DNA of 63,808 bases, counting the filler, from Olpidium bornovanus S191 (lineage: Eukaryota > Fungi > Olpidiomycota), in the NCBI GenBank assembly GCA_017911155.1. It is 32 parts of 32 records of this genome, joined end to end, with 100 filler letters (N's around TTAATTAATTAA, not from the genome) between each part and the next. Parts side by side here need not be neighbours in the genome. Positions count along the whole stretch, not along the records: positions 25,063 to 26,291 come from JAEFCI010003661.1; positions 26,392 to 27,604 come from JAEFCI010007083.1; positions 27,705 to 29,033 come from JAEFCI010002220.1; positions 29,134 to 30,570 come from JAEFCI010001981.1; positions 30,671 to 33,034 come from JAEFCI010011185.1; positions 33,135 to 34,259 come from JAEFCI010010239.1; positions 34,360 to 35,580 come from JAEFCI010008827.1; positions 35,681 to 37,193 come from JAEFCI010001880.1; 24 more parts are not named here. One strand, given 5' to 3'. Shown here piece by piece: positions 25,584-37,366 of the stretch. The position numbers and the translations under genes are program-made. Numbering within the stretch: position 1 is the first letter of the stretch; each line of letters starts with the position of its first letter. The notes under the pieces are model-generated. The model ran no database searches. It saw only the letters and a program-made list of their open reading frames with translations, and was not told where the DNA came from.

Positions 25584-26724
25584 TAGAGGAGAGATGAGAT
25601 TGAAAGGAGAGGATCTACTCGAGATGAGATTGAATCCTCGCTTCAGGTGGGACCGCGCGATTTCGATTTTGAAAAAAAAAAACAATTGACAAACATCGTT
25701 CTGCGTGATAATGCGGTTCAACAGGGATCACCCCTCCCCCCAACCCCCACCTCTTCCCGCCCCCTTCCCCATCCCTTCTCCGCGCCAAAGAGGCTTTTTG
25801 ATTTGTTCCAGCAGATGCGCACTGTCGCTTCGCAAGACGAAGAGAAAGCTGCGGACGATGGCTGCGTACGTGGAAGCTTCCGCTATGGAAATCAAAGAAA
25901 CGGAGAAGGTCTCCGCGGCGGACAGAACGGCGCGGCTGATCAGCAAGGTTTGGCAGCCGTCGCGACGTCGATCCGCGTGGTTATCTTGCTAGGTACCGGA
26001 CGACTGGCCGCTTTTTTGCTTTGCTCACCCTCCACCGCTTCCTCGTGACCCACACGTGACGCACACGCAAAAAGCGGTAATCCTCATCACCTTCCTGATC
26101 GTAGTCTGCGTAACAGGCTTAATGCTCGGGCTCGTCCTTTCTCGGGCAACGATGACCCAAAGCGCACAAGCCTCGCCTGCACCGTACAGACATCCTATTC
26201 CTAACAACACAACGGCTCCGGCTTCTGCTACATAGATGCCATATCTATCTGATCGTTGCTAACGTCAGGGTTACAGTTCAAGCGGTCATGANNNNNNNNN
26301 NNNNNNNNNNNNNNNNNNNNNNNNNNNNNNNNNNNTTAATTAATTAANNNNNNNNNNNNNNNNNNNNNNNNNNNNNNNNNNNNNNNNNNNNGCCAAACGG
26401 GGAAAAACTTTTGGCCCCTCGTCGGGGAGTTTGGTCTTCCCTGCGGGTCACCGCAGCCCCCCGGGCTGCTTGCGCGCGGGGAATGTAGGGCGCGGGGTTT
26501 CGTTCACCATGGCGACTGCTGACACGGCGAGTTCTCTGTCTGCCCCGCAACGGCGAAGCCCCGCGGGGGGCAAAGGTCTCCATGGCAACAACCGGCGAAG
26601 AAATTTAGCCGGCGGGCTCGGCAGAATCAGAACCTCCGCGAAATCGGGGAGCGCTCCGTTTGCACGGCGAGAATCGAAAAAAAAATTGACTCTTCTTTCC
26701 AAACGAACGCGGGTATCGAGAATC

Positions 26725-26757
<33 letters not shown>

Positions 26758-27076
26758 AAAGCTGAGCGCAGCCTGCTGGGTTTTCCCGCCGTCGAAGCCG
26801 CAGAAGCGACCTTCGTTCAAGCGGCCGTTTGCAATTTGCCCCTGCCCGAAGACGGCCCGGAGTAATCTCAACTCGATAACATGCATCACGAGATCAACTG
26901 CTTCCGACGTAAGTGACGCAGGCCATCAGACCTGAGTTGATTTCGGCGTCAGCTCATCTCCACTCGCTTTCTGCTCCGCCCGCACGAACACTAACACTCG
27001 CCCGGCTTCCTCCCGCCACCCACCAGTATCGCTCGTAGTGACGGCCGTTCTCATGAGTGAATAAAGCTGGCGGTAT

Positions 27077-27604
27077 TTGCGGTTTTCACGAGCTTGCGTC
27101 CCGACGAGTTTGGTCCTAACGTTCGCCGTCCCGTCGTTTTGGGGGCTTCCCCGCCCGGGCGGGAACGCAGTCGTTTACCTGGCCGCGCTCAGGAAAGAGG
27201 ACAGCCCCAGGCCCCGGCCACGCAGGGACGCCCGCAGCCCCGGCTACGTCGCTCCGATCGGCACCGGCGTGTTCCGCGCGCGCCGGTCGGAGCCTGCGGG
27301 CGGCGCTGCGGACGACGGCGACGTTTCTGCAAAGCCGCAGGCGCAGCGCTCGTTTCAGTCGCAGCTGCCGATGTGCCCCGCCGTGATAAGCACGGCGGAG
27401 TTCAACAAGCGCAACGGCGACTGGCTCCGGCCGCACGCGAACCTTTACTCCAAGGTCGCCGGCGGCCCGCGCGGGTCGGGCGGCATGTGGCTTCCCAGGG
27501 CGGGCGACCTGCCCGTGGTGGCCTCCGACAGGGTCTCCGACGCGGCGGTCCAGGAGGCGTTCATCGTCGCGAACCGCAAGATCCTGCCCAAGCTCCGGCG
27601 AGAC
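27077..27604 (+). CDS. Putative secreted protein with a bacterial-like zinc-metallopeptidase N-terminal motif (3' truncated; start uncertain)
   Basis: Hydrophobic N-terminus. LYSKV...DLPVVASDRVSDAAVQEAFIVANRKIL resembles the bacterial FYQKY...GIPI.AS.KVSDAAL.EA..IV..ML motif. No HEXXH within the contig. Confidence 0.45.
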
Positions 27605-28243
27605 NNNNNNNNNNNNNNNNNNNNNNNNNNNNNNNNNNNNNNNNNNNNTTAATTAATTAANNNNNNNNNNNNNNNNNNNNNNNNNNNNNNNNNNNNNNNN
27701 NNNNCATGTGCAATCAGTTTTGGTTTATGAGTGAGGCGACGGCGCAAACAAAAATTCGCAGAAAGCGCGTAGCTGTCCTGCCGAGTCTGAATTTTCCGAC
27801 CAGGGGCGGGCCGTCCGCGTCCTTGAATTTCAGACTGTCGCGGGTGATCTCGAACCGGCAAAGAATTGAATTCGCCCTTGGTGTAAGCCTATTTTGGCCG
27901 GCGGTTCGGTCCGGTCCGTCTCTCGACATCGGCGGTGTGGCGAGATGCGTGTGGCCTGCCTCTGTCTGGCCGGTTTTGCGGCCTCGGGGCGAGCCACGCG
28001 ACGTGACCGGCACGCGCACTGCAGGTGGGCACGGCGCAGGCCCCAGCCCGGCTGGCCAGACAAAGGCACCCGATTCCCCCACCCCGCGTCGTCTGCCCCG
28101 CTGCCCGGACGCTCTGTGCCGGCGGGCCCTGTGCAAGTTGCCTCCGGTCGCAGAACCAGCTGAGGGCGGGCCGTGGTCGAGCGAGCGAGCGTGGCCACAA
28201 GCGCCTCTTGCAGGCGGGGGAAAGTGAGCAAACATCTCAACCG

Positions 28244-28286
<43 letters not shown>

Positions 28287-28650
28287 CCAATCTTTCATCA
28301 AAAATTTTTCGTGCGTTTTGGGACTCCCGCGAGTCGCGCGAGCGTCGGACTTGGGAAGGAAGTTGAAGGAGTTTGGTCTGTTTGACCGGCGTTCTGATCT
28401 TCCCGTTTCGTACTGCCGTCCCCCCTCCCGGTTTTCAAAATGTTGGAAGCCGTCGATCTCTTAGCCACGACCCCGATCGCGCCTCTCACACCGCGGAAGG
28501 CGTACTCTATCTAAACGCAAAGCCCGACTTTTACTTTTTTCAGAGTCAAGGAGGCTGGGAAAATATCTGTGCGAACCAGCTGCCACCAGGCTCGATGCTG
28601 CAGCTGGCTCGTCTTACCGGTAACAGACAACCCGAACAACAATCTCGCTG

Positions 28651-29032
28651 ATGAGCACTTCAAACCCGGTGCCATCGATTCTTCCCGGGACCGTTCTGCG
28701 CGGCAAGTACACGCTGGTAAGCCCCAAATTGTCCTCGAAAGACGGGCCGTGTGACTGGCGTATGCTAACCCAAGGCATCGTCTCTTTCGTTGATCCCCCA
28801 CCGCAGCTCTCGAGAATAGGCCAGGGCGCTTTCGGTAAGCCTCCAAAAATAAAAAGAACAAAAAAAACCAACGTGAGGGACTTGGTGTACGGCCCAACCT
28901 GACTCCAGTAGTCATGCTGCAAACTAAGGTCAAACCTACTCAGCCGAAGAGAGCCCGGGTGGTAAAAAATTAGCCATCAAAGTCGAGGGTCCACAATGCA
29001 AGAAAAAAGTGCTAAAGATGGAAGCCATTATA
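28651..29032 (+). CDS. TTBK: Tau-tubulin kinase (TTBK)-like CK1-family kinase, first three exons
   Basis: Splicing 28651-28716 + 28807-28834 + 28929-end gives ILPGTVLRGKYTLLSRIGQGAFGQTYSAEESPGGKKLAIKVEGPQCKKKVLKMEAII. Both introns are GTAAG...AG, and KVE...KxVLKME is characteristic of TTBK. Confidence 0.75.
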
Positions 29033-29142
29033 ANNNNNNNNNNNNNNNNNNNNNNNNNNNNNNNNNNNNNNNNNNNNTTAATTAATTAANNNNNNNNNNN
29101 NNNNNNNNNNNNNNNNNNNNNNNNNNNNNNNNNCCCCCGCAG

Positions 29143-29205
<63 letters not shown>

Positions 29206-29883
29206 CGGTGAACAAGGGGACTGGTCGTGCCCTTCCCCCGCAACGTGTACAACATTGTTGCCCGCCGTTCCGCCCCTGCGCACCCAGAATCCTCAGAAGA
29301 GGCCCTCCTCTCTGACCGGACACCGACCCGCGCGGTTTGCCGCGCTAGTGAGAGCGCAATTTTAAGCGACGTGATATCTCGCGTTTGGGCGTCGGGGAAC
29401 GAAAGCACACACAACCCCCCCCCCCCCTTTACCCCTCTCACACCCCTTCCCCTTCCCCTCCCCCCTCCGCGTAAGGGGGGATGATTACCGCGAATTTTCC
29501 CCGCACTTGTCCACCTGTTTCTTTGAGATCTCGGAGGCGCGTTGCGCTTGGGAAGGTAATTCGACAGCGGCAATGCCGCAGGCATTCGCCCCCTGCTGGG
29601 GTTAATTCAGCAAAACCTTGACTTCGACGCGTTTCATCGGTGTCGTTCGCGTTTGATCGGTGCCCTGATGATTGCCGATGGCTTCCTCAAAGGCAATCTA
29701 ATCCTGCGCGAGGGTTTCGAGCTGCGCAGAGGTAAAACCCGAAGGGCGGCGAGGGCGACCGGAGACGCGGCGACCAGCGCGCGGCGCGGAAGCTCAATGT
29801 GCCGGACATCATGAGGGATTGCGAAAGAGAGCTAAGAGACGTGATGTGTGAAGAAGGGATGCGGAAGTGCTGAGCGTAAGCGA

Positions 29884-29957
29884 AGTGTTCTATGTAATTG
29901 TGCGGAAGGGGGATGTGTGAGCGGAGTGTTCTATGTAATTGTGCGGAAGGGGATGTG
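29884..29957. repeat. ~34-bp direct repeat x2 (agtgttctatgtaattgtgcggaagggg[g]atgtg)
   Basis: Copies at 29884-29917 and 29925-29957. Confidence 0.85.
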
Positions 29958-30474
29958 AAGTGCCCGACGGAAGCGAAGTGGTTCCATGCAGAAAAACAAA
30001 AAAGTTATGGCTGTGGGCGAGAGGCTTGCTATATATTGCGCGCGGGGGAAGGTTTGCGGAAGCCCGCCCACCACGGGGGGCCCCCGATTCGGCCGGCCAG
30101 CGCGTTGTTTGAAGTTCCATTGGGCCCCCGCCGTCCGCGTAGTAGTTTGGGAGATTCCCTCGGGGCGTCTGCCCCCCGCCCCGACCCCGCCCGCGTTCCA
30201 AGTCGGAAACTACATGGGAGCCCGGCCCTCCCCCCTCCCTCCCCGCCCCCCTCCCCCCCATAAGCCGGGTTCCTGTAGAACTGGAATAAAACCAACGCTG
30301 TGGTCACGCACGGTCACAAACGAAAAATTCGGAGAATTCGCAAACCCGCGCCAGAACAACAAGAAAAGAAAATAAAGGGGGGGAACAATTCCCCGACGGA
30401 AAAGCGCGCGAAAAGTTCATGCGGCTGCGATAAGGGAAAAGAAAAAAAAAGAAAAAAAAAAAGAAAAAAAAAAG

Positions 30475-30570
<96 letters not shown>

Positions 30571-30740
30571 NNNNNNNNNNNNNNNNNNNNNNNNNNNNNN
30601 NNNNNNNNNNNNNNTTAATTAATTAANNNNNNNNNNNNNNNNNNNNNNNNNNNNNNNNNNNNNNNNNNNNCCCAAGCCGCATTTCCTTGAATGCATCTCT
30701 GAATTAGGTTTATTTTCTCCCTGACTGCTACATTCCTTTC

Positions 30741-33034
30741 TGTCAATGTCCTTCTTTCTGTCGATCGATTGGATCGGTTGATGGGGAGAATGTTGTAGCG
30801 TACCGGTCTATTAGGAACCGTTTTCCCCACGCAAAACAAAACAGTAAACACACCAAAGAAAGAAGAACCGAGAGGAGACGAAAAGAAGCTGTCCCCTTGT
30901 GATAGGTTATGAGCCCAAGCGGCTGTCGACGCTAGAGCACACGTTCCCGTCGACCGCTCTCACCCTTTTCGCCGTCGACGGTTTGGCCAAGAACTCGTCC
31001 CACTCCCTCTCTCCATCCTCATCTTCTTTTTGACGACGGTTCGGTCAAGAACCCGTTGTACTGCTCAACCGATTGACGGGTGAGCTTTCGAAAACACGCG
31101 TCATGGATACACCCTGTTCAACGACCGTATCGTTTTTCGACCTCGGAGGGTTCGGCCAAGACCCCGCCAGATAGTTTCATAGTCCTTCCCCTTTTGGCTC
31201 TCTGTCTCGATCGACCGCAACTTTACGACGCGTTTTCTCCTCGACAACAAGGGACTCGACGTTGCTTCGATATCTCCTCGAATTGCTTTAAAGCTTATCA
31301 CCGGAAAATTCACCGGCGATGTGGCAGTGTCGGGTCCGAAACGCCTAGGGAACCCCCTCGACATCGAGGGGAACGGGGGCGGAGGACGTTCGGTGGGACG
31401 GAGGGACGGAATCCTGTAGTAGCGCCGCGCCAGCTGGGGGCCCGTGCTTTCGGGGGGGTTGCGAAGAAGAGGAAGGCGAAACGGAAGGGAGGCAGAGTGC
31501 CCCCGCAGACGCAGAAGACGATGGCGAGATCGACGCGCGAGCGGACGCTCCAGCTCCTGGCCCGACGGCACGGTGGGCGTCCGAAACTTAGCTTTTCCCC
31601 GACTTCGACGCGTGCTAACAGCCCGACGGCAATCTCGACTTCGACCCCGTTCTCCCTTTTTATTTCGACGTTGGGGTTGGGGGGTCAAAGAAAAAAGAAT
31701 GGGAGAGTAAAACTAAAACCAGAAAGGGGGGGGGTCGGAATTACGCAAGTCGGGGGGGAAATTAATGCGCACATCGATCTCGGTGGGGGTGGGGGGGAAG
31801 CAAACGGCTATGCAACCAGGTGGCGTCGGCCCGGCGGCCGACGTCGACGCACGCAGCGGGCAACCATTTGGACGCCGACAGCGGTCTGGTGGTCGACCGT
31901 CAAAGCCGATATTCAAACGTGGCCCGATCTTCAAGATGCACTTCGGGAACAGTTTATTCCGACCGATGCTGAAGAAAAGACGTACCAGCGGCTACTCAAT
32001 TGTAGATCGAAAGACTTCCGCTCAATTCACGAATATTATTAATCGTTTAATAAAATCGCACTCCAACTTCGGCAGGTCGGTTCCGTGCCTGAGCATATGA
32101 TTATGTCGACTTATGCCCAGAATCTTGTCAATAAGGACGGCAGTCCTTCAATCACCCGCTCGTTTGTCAAACTGAATAAGACGCACAAGAACAGTCTCCT
32201 GATCACGCAACGGATCGCCCTTGAGCATTGTTCTGTTGGTTCCCGGGAGAAAAATATTAGCAAGGAGAAGGACTCAGCGCCCACGTTGACCGTTAGGAAA
32301 ACATCTTGTTCGAAGAAAAACACCCGCGAGGCCCAGCGGAACACAGACCGCTGCCCGATCGTTGGTTCTGATAAGAAGACGAAGAAGCGGGAAGCACCTC
32401 CGTGCAAATTTTAGTCCCGGAACAATTAACCATTGGTATAATGATTATCCGCGCCTGAAGGCTGCTATTGAGAAGGAGCGCGCCTCGGATCACGCCAACA
32501 ATCAGCTGCCCTGCTGCCGACGACGATGGCAGCAACAATCCCGCGCGCGCTCTCGGCGCGACTGTCGACGGGGATGTGATCGATTCGGAACTGATCTCAC
32601 CTGACGTGGCCGCCCGAAGCCGTGTCGAGCACCCGTCTGCCGCCTCAAACGGAGACCTACCCGACATCCTGATGAATTCCGGAGTGACAAGGCACATGTT
32701 TCCGCACGAATCTCGTTTCGTTGCTCTCCATCGATCCGCCAAAAACGTCTACCTCGCGGATGGGAGCTGTGTTATCGCCAAAGGGCGCGGGACCATTCCG
32801 CTTGGAAGCGAAGGTTCGCCTATCGATCTCGTCGATAGCCTCTGGACTTCCCAATTATCCGCACATTTCTCCGTGCCTTCCGCCACTGTTAATCGCTTGA
32901 ACGTTTTCTTTATGCCAATGGCGAGGCAACCGTCACCGGACGGCACTATTGCCGCTCGCGGCCGTCGACGCGACCGCGCATTTTTCCTGCTAGCTGTCGG
33001 GCGCTTGGTCCCGCATCATTACGATGGACATGGC
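30741..33034 (+). mobile_element. Degenerate Ty1/copia element: putative LTR, half-tRNA-iMet PBS (30905-30916), gag, zinc knuckle and protease
   Basis: GGTTATGAGCCC; WWSTVKADIQTWPDLQDALREQFIP; a decayed knuckle CKF/xPGTINHWYNDYP at ~32403-32460; ILMNSGVTRHM...VYLADGSCVIAKGRGTIPL. Stops and frameshifts present. The LTR start at 30741 is tentative. Confidence 0.8.
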
Positions 33035-33134
33035 NNNNNNNNNNNNNNNNNNNNNNNNNNNNNNNNNNNNNNNNNNNNTTAATTAATTAANNNNNNNNNN
33101 NNNNNNNNNNNNNNNNNNNNNNNNNNNNNNNNNN

Positions 33135-33194
<60 letters not shown>

Positions 33195-33221
33195 CCCCCC
33201 CCCGCCCCACGGGGGGAGGGG

Positions 33222-33256
<35 letters not shown>

Positions 33257-33277
33257 GAGGGGGGGGCGGGCGGGGAC

Positions 33278-33988
33278 CTACTCCGGGTTCCGTTTGATCC
33301 TCGCGTCGGTGACGTCGGAGCTGACGCCGTTGCACGAGAAGACGGCCATGCGCAGCGGGTCCCGCGCGGCGGCGACGACGAAGCAGCAGCCTTCGGCCTC
33401 CGCGGCCACCGCCGCCCCCGCCCCCGCCTCCGCCTCCGCCTCCGCCGCGGGAGGGGCCCCGGGCGTCCGCGGCGGGCGGCGGCGCAGCAGCAGCGCGGCG
33501 CGCAGGAAGACGGTTCGGGGGTGGCGGGAGAGCACGCGGACGCGGACGTCGAAGCGCCAGAACACGCGGCCGCCGTGGGCGCCGATGGGCGCGGGCGCCG
33601 AGACCCGCGCCGGCGGGTACTTGCCCCCGCGGCGGCGGACGTCCCGGACGACGGCCTCGAGCACCGGCGCGCCCGCCTCCGACCGGGCGATCACCAGCGC
33701 GGAGCCGACCCACTCCCCGTGCGGCCCGGCGGAGAGGTCGAGCGTCGAGAAGCGCACGAACGGGCCGATGAGCGGCGAGTCCTCCGCGGCGGCGGCGGGA
33801 GACCCTCGGCGGCGCCGGCTGCCGCTTCCGCTGCTGGGGCGGGGCGGTCCGGCGCCCGTTTTCTTGTCCTTCTTGTCCTTCGCGCGGACGAGGAGGTCGT
33901 CGGCGGCGGCGAGGGCGCCCAGCTTCCCTCGCTTTGGCAGCAGCTCGCCCCCCAGCCAGAACTTGATCAGGCCGTCTACTCCGCCCAT
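33278..33988 (-). CDS. PhoD-like phosphatase family protein, 5' part
   Basis: IGPFVRFSTLD...WVGSALVI...VFWRFDVRV...LRMAVFSCNGVS matches the N-terminus of fungal PhoD-like proteins (GPLLRY...W.GS.L...FWRF...MR..FHSCNGFS). Confidence 0.7.
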   Translation of the reverse strand: MGGVDGLIKFWLGGELLPKRGKLGALAAADDLLVRAKDKKDKKTGAGPPRPSSGSGSRRRRGSPAAAAEDSPLIGPFVRFSTLDLSAGPHGEWVGSALVIARSEAGAPVLEAVVRDVRRRGGKYPPARVSAPAPIGAHGGRVFWRFDVRVRVLSRHPRTVFLRAALLLRRRPPRTPGAPPAAEAEAEAGAGAAVAAEAEGCCFVVAAARDPLRMAVFSCNGVSSDVTDARIKRNPE

Positions 33989-35693
33989 TTGAAAAAAAAA
34001 AAAAAAAAAAAAAAAGATAATCTAGTTTGTTGCGGGGGAATGCGGGGGAATGCGGGGAAATGCGGGGAAACGAGGGTGTGGGGGAAGGAAAAAGAGGGGG
34101 CAACGGAAACCAAAAAAAAAGAAAAGAAAAAAAAGGAGAAAGGACGAAAGGCCGGAATCAAGGGAGAACGAAGGGAAGGCGAATGAGGGGAGTGTTGGGG
34201 CGTGGCCCCTTTCCCCCAATCCCGCTCCTCCCCCTCCCCTTCTTTGGCCTCATTCCCCGNNNNNNNNNNNNNNNNNNNNNNNNNNNNNNNNNNNNNNNNN
34301 NNNTTAATTAATTAANNNNNNNNNNNNNNNNNNNNNNNNNNNNNNNNNNNNNNNNNNNNCATGACTTCCGTTTTTGTTTGTTTGATCTCTCCCTCCCGGT
34401 CAGACCACGCAATTCGCTACTCTCGGCGCTGTGCTCTTGCTTGCCGGGCTCGCCGCTTCCCCACGCCAGGAAGAAAAGGCGAAATTCGACAGGGATTATT
34501 GGATGCTGCAACTAGGAGAAAAGGATGGCGCTCCTCCGCAGGCCGGAGAATCACGTGTTGGCAAGTCATAGTGTACCTGCAAAAAAGGGGGGGAAATGGG
34601 GCAAGCAATATCAAAGCGTGGTAGGTGATAAAAAGTGGGCAGATAAATGTAAAGAAGTGCGTAAGCGACTTTGTGTTGGTTTTGAGGGAAACATTCAACC
34701 GACGTAGAACCATCCGTTTCACCGTAGTCGAGTTTACGCGGTTTTCCGGATAAGCAAGCATCCCCAATAGGTCCTTCCCCCCTACGTGGTTGCGTTTTAT
34801 AAGCTTCCACATTCCTTCCCTTCCTCCTCCGTTTCATTTTTCTTTTTAGGAAAGGAAAAAAGCACACGCACTTTTTTTTTTGCCCCAAGTCCCGGGGCGA
34901 TTTGTATGCATATCTCAAAAAGGGGCTCCGGGTGAGCTGCCGCGTGCACTTTGCCGGGTGGAGGCGCATCGTCTTCCCTCTACTCTCTCCTTTAACCGGG
35001 CGCCCCGTCCTCCGCAGCAATTCGGCGAAAGTCATCTATCTCTTCCTCCTCCTGCCCTGTATCGGGGCAGTTTGCACTTAGGCACGTCGCACCGCAGCCT
35101 GCCGCCAGGGGTCGTGCCTCCTGGCAAAGCATCCGGAAATCTTGGGTCTACAGCGGGCCGACACCCCCTCCACCACGCCGCGTAGCGCCTCGGCGCCGAG
35201 AGGGTGGGGGGGGGCGGGCGAGCGGCTGTAATCTCTTAAGGTTTTTTTTTTATTGTTGTTCCCGCCTCTCTGTTGGAGCCCGAGGGGTAAGCACCCGGGA
35301 GGTCACGTGACAACCAAGCGCCGATGTAGGGGTCTTCCTTCCGGAAAGGCTCCCTCCTCTACAGCTAAACAAAGGCGTACAGAAGAAGATTTCGTAGCAC
35401 TCTCGCGCGTTTTGTTGACGTTTTTGCGCGCGCGCGGGGTTGCGAAAGAGCGAGAGTGGCATGCCTGCAATGGATGACGGCTGCACAACTTTTATCCTTA
35501 CCATTAGAAACTGTTAGCACTCTCGAAACTTAGTAGTATCATACCACCTTTTTGTCTGAAAAAACCAACGCGTGTAGACANNNNNNNNNNNNNNNNNNNN
35601 NNNNNNNNNNNNNNNNNNNNNNNNTTAATTAATTAANNNNNNNNNNNNNNNNNNNNNNNNNNNNNNNNNNNNNNNNNNNNCGCGGGGGGGGGG

Positions 35694-35759
<66 letters not shown>

Positions 35760-36074
35760 CGTGGCCCGCGGCGTGCGCGCGCGCGCTTTCGCTCGTGTGC
35801 GATATCCGCCTTTTTCAGGAAAATCGGGACCCAACCAACCAAACCCCCCCTCTCCCCGAAGGGCCCAAGCGCGGGTTTCTCCCGCGCGAACCAAAAACCC
35901 CCTCCCCCTCAAAAAAAAAATAATTGAACGAGTAAGCCGACTTCGCGGCGGACCCGAACCGCTACTTACGGGTGGTTACGGTCACGTGGTTTGACGCCAA
36001 AAGCGAGAAAAAACTCCTGTATACCTTGACCTACGGTTCGGGAAATTACGCGGGAGACGTCATCCAAAAAAAGA

Positions 36075-36136
<62 letters not shown>

Positions 36137-36152
36137 GAAAGAGAGAGAGAGA
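36075..36152. repeat. (GA)n microsatellite bordering the polB relic
   Basis: AG dinucleotide run. Confidence 0.9.
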
Positions 36153-37175
36153 GTCACGAATATCGAGAAGTCATCGTTGTTTTTGATTGTAAATTTCGTA
36201 CCGCCAGTGGTAAGATCGAACTTAACAACGTTCGTAGTCATACGCTCACACAATATCATAGGATCAATATTCTGTTTCTCACAATAATAATCAATACATA
36301 CACCAGGAATTCCTTTCAGTTTTTTATAATAATCTATAACCTTTCCATCACCTAACAGCTTTACAGCATATATCTTCTTATCTAGATAATACGTATCCGT
36401 TTCTATCACCTCCTTACAACCAGGTATTGCGAAACCAGAATGAGATTGACCTATATCTTTCCCTATATATTCTCTATTATACTTATTCATTTATATGCTT
36501 TCGATAGTCTAGGAATAGACGAACTAAACATTTGCATAGAATCCGTATCAGTATAAAATACCTTTTCACCAACATCCTCAGCTAAACATATTACCTTATT
36601 CATAATATGTTTACTATTCGACAATATCAAGCTACCTACATGTCACGATATAGCCTCGCCGTGTGGCGGCGCCCACACGACGCAGCTCACACACACACAC
36701 CCAATGTGTGGCGCCCGGCCGGCACCACACACACCGAGTTCCTTGACCGGTCACATGAGCTGAGCCACACCACAGTGCACGACAGTGTGTCTCCTCCGGC
36801 ACGTGACCCGTGGGCCCACATGGGGATTCCACACATGCGAACGGCCATCCGCATGGGAAAGCCCACTCGGGCGCCAACACGGCCTGCGCCCGTGTGGCCA
36901 CACACACCACGCGCATAGCGCCGCGACTACGCGCGCCCGCGAGTACGCGCTTGCAGCAGCACGGGACGTCTGTACATAAATAGACCGGAGATTCCCGTAG
37001 CTCCAGATCTGCGCAGACAAAAGTGCACTCCAGAAGTCTAAGAACATAACCCTGATCTCGACCCCGATCTTGACCCCACAAGTCCAGAGATAATTCCGTC
37101 CCTCGATAGCACAAGTAGTGCGTGACGTGAATAGACTTGTTACACTACAGGAGCATTGTGATGCTCCTTATTGCC
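36153..37175 (-). pseudogene. polB: Polinton/Maverick-type protein-primed family B DNA polymerase, C-terminal relic, frameshifted and interrupted by a solo LTR
   Basis: With the LTR removed it reads KEHHNAPVGSLILSNSKHIMNKVICLAEDVGEKVFYTDTDSMQM...AYK /frameshift ~36490/ KYNREYIGKDIGQSHSGF...LDKKIY...KLKGIP...VKFDLTTGG...DFSI. The segment is AT-rich and has no introns. Confidence 0.88.
36641..37144. mobile_element. 504-bp solo LTR with 5-bp target-site duplication CTACA
   Basis: Ends are TGTCAC...GTTACA. CTACA lies at 36636-36640 and 37145-37149. TATA-like tacataaatag at ~36972. The polB frame rejoins across the excision. Confidence 0.85.
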
Positions 37176-37310
37176 TAACCCTGATCTCGACCCNNNNNNN
37201 NNNNNNNNNNNNNNNNNNNNNNNNNNNNNNNNNNNNNTTAATTAATTAANNNNNNNNNNNNNNNNNNNNNNNNNNNNNNNNNNNNNNNNNNNNCCCCCCC
37301 CCCCCCCCTC

Positions 37311-37366
<56 letters not shown>

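Noticed and set aside
25858-26200. Possible small membrane-protein gene (MAAYVEAS...; KAVILITFLIVVCVTGLMLGLVL)
   Set aside because: A plausible TM segment, but no consistent exon chain or family match could be established.
36639-36642. CATG at the polB/LTR junction as a restriction-ligation chimera
   Set aside because: The CATG arises from the TSD end (CA) plus the LTR start (TG). The duplicated CTACA and the rejoining polB frame support a true insertion.
36153-36648. GTCACGA direct repeat flanking the AT-rich island as a TSD
   Set aside because: The right copy is the LTR's own start, and polB continues beyond the LTR, so the match is probably chance.
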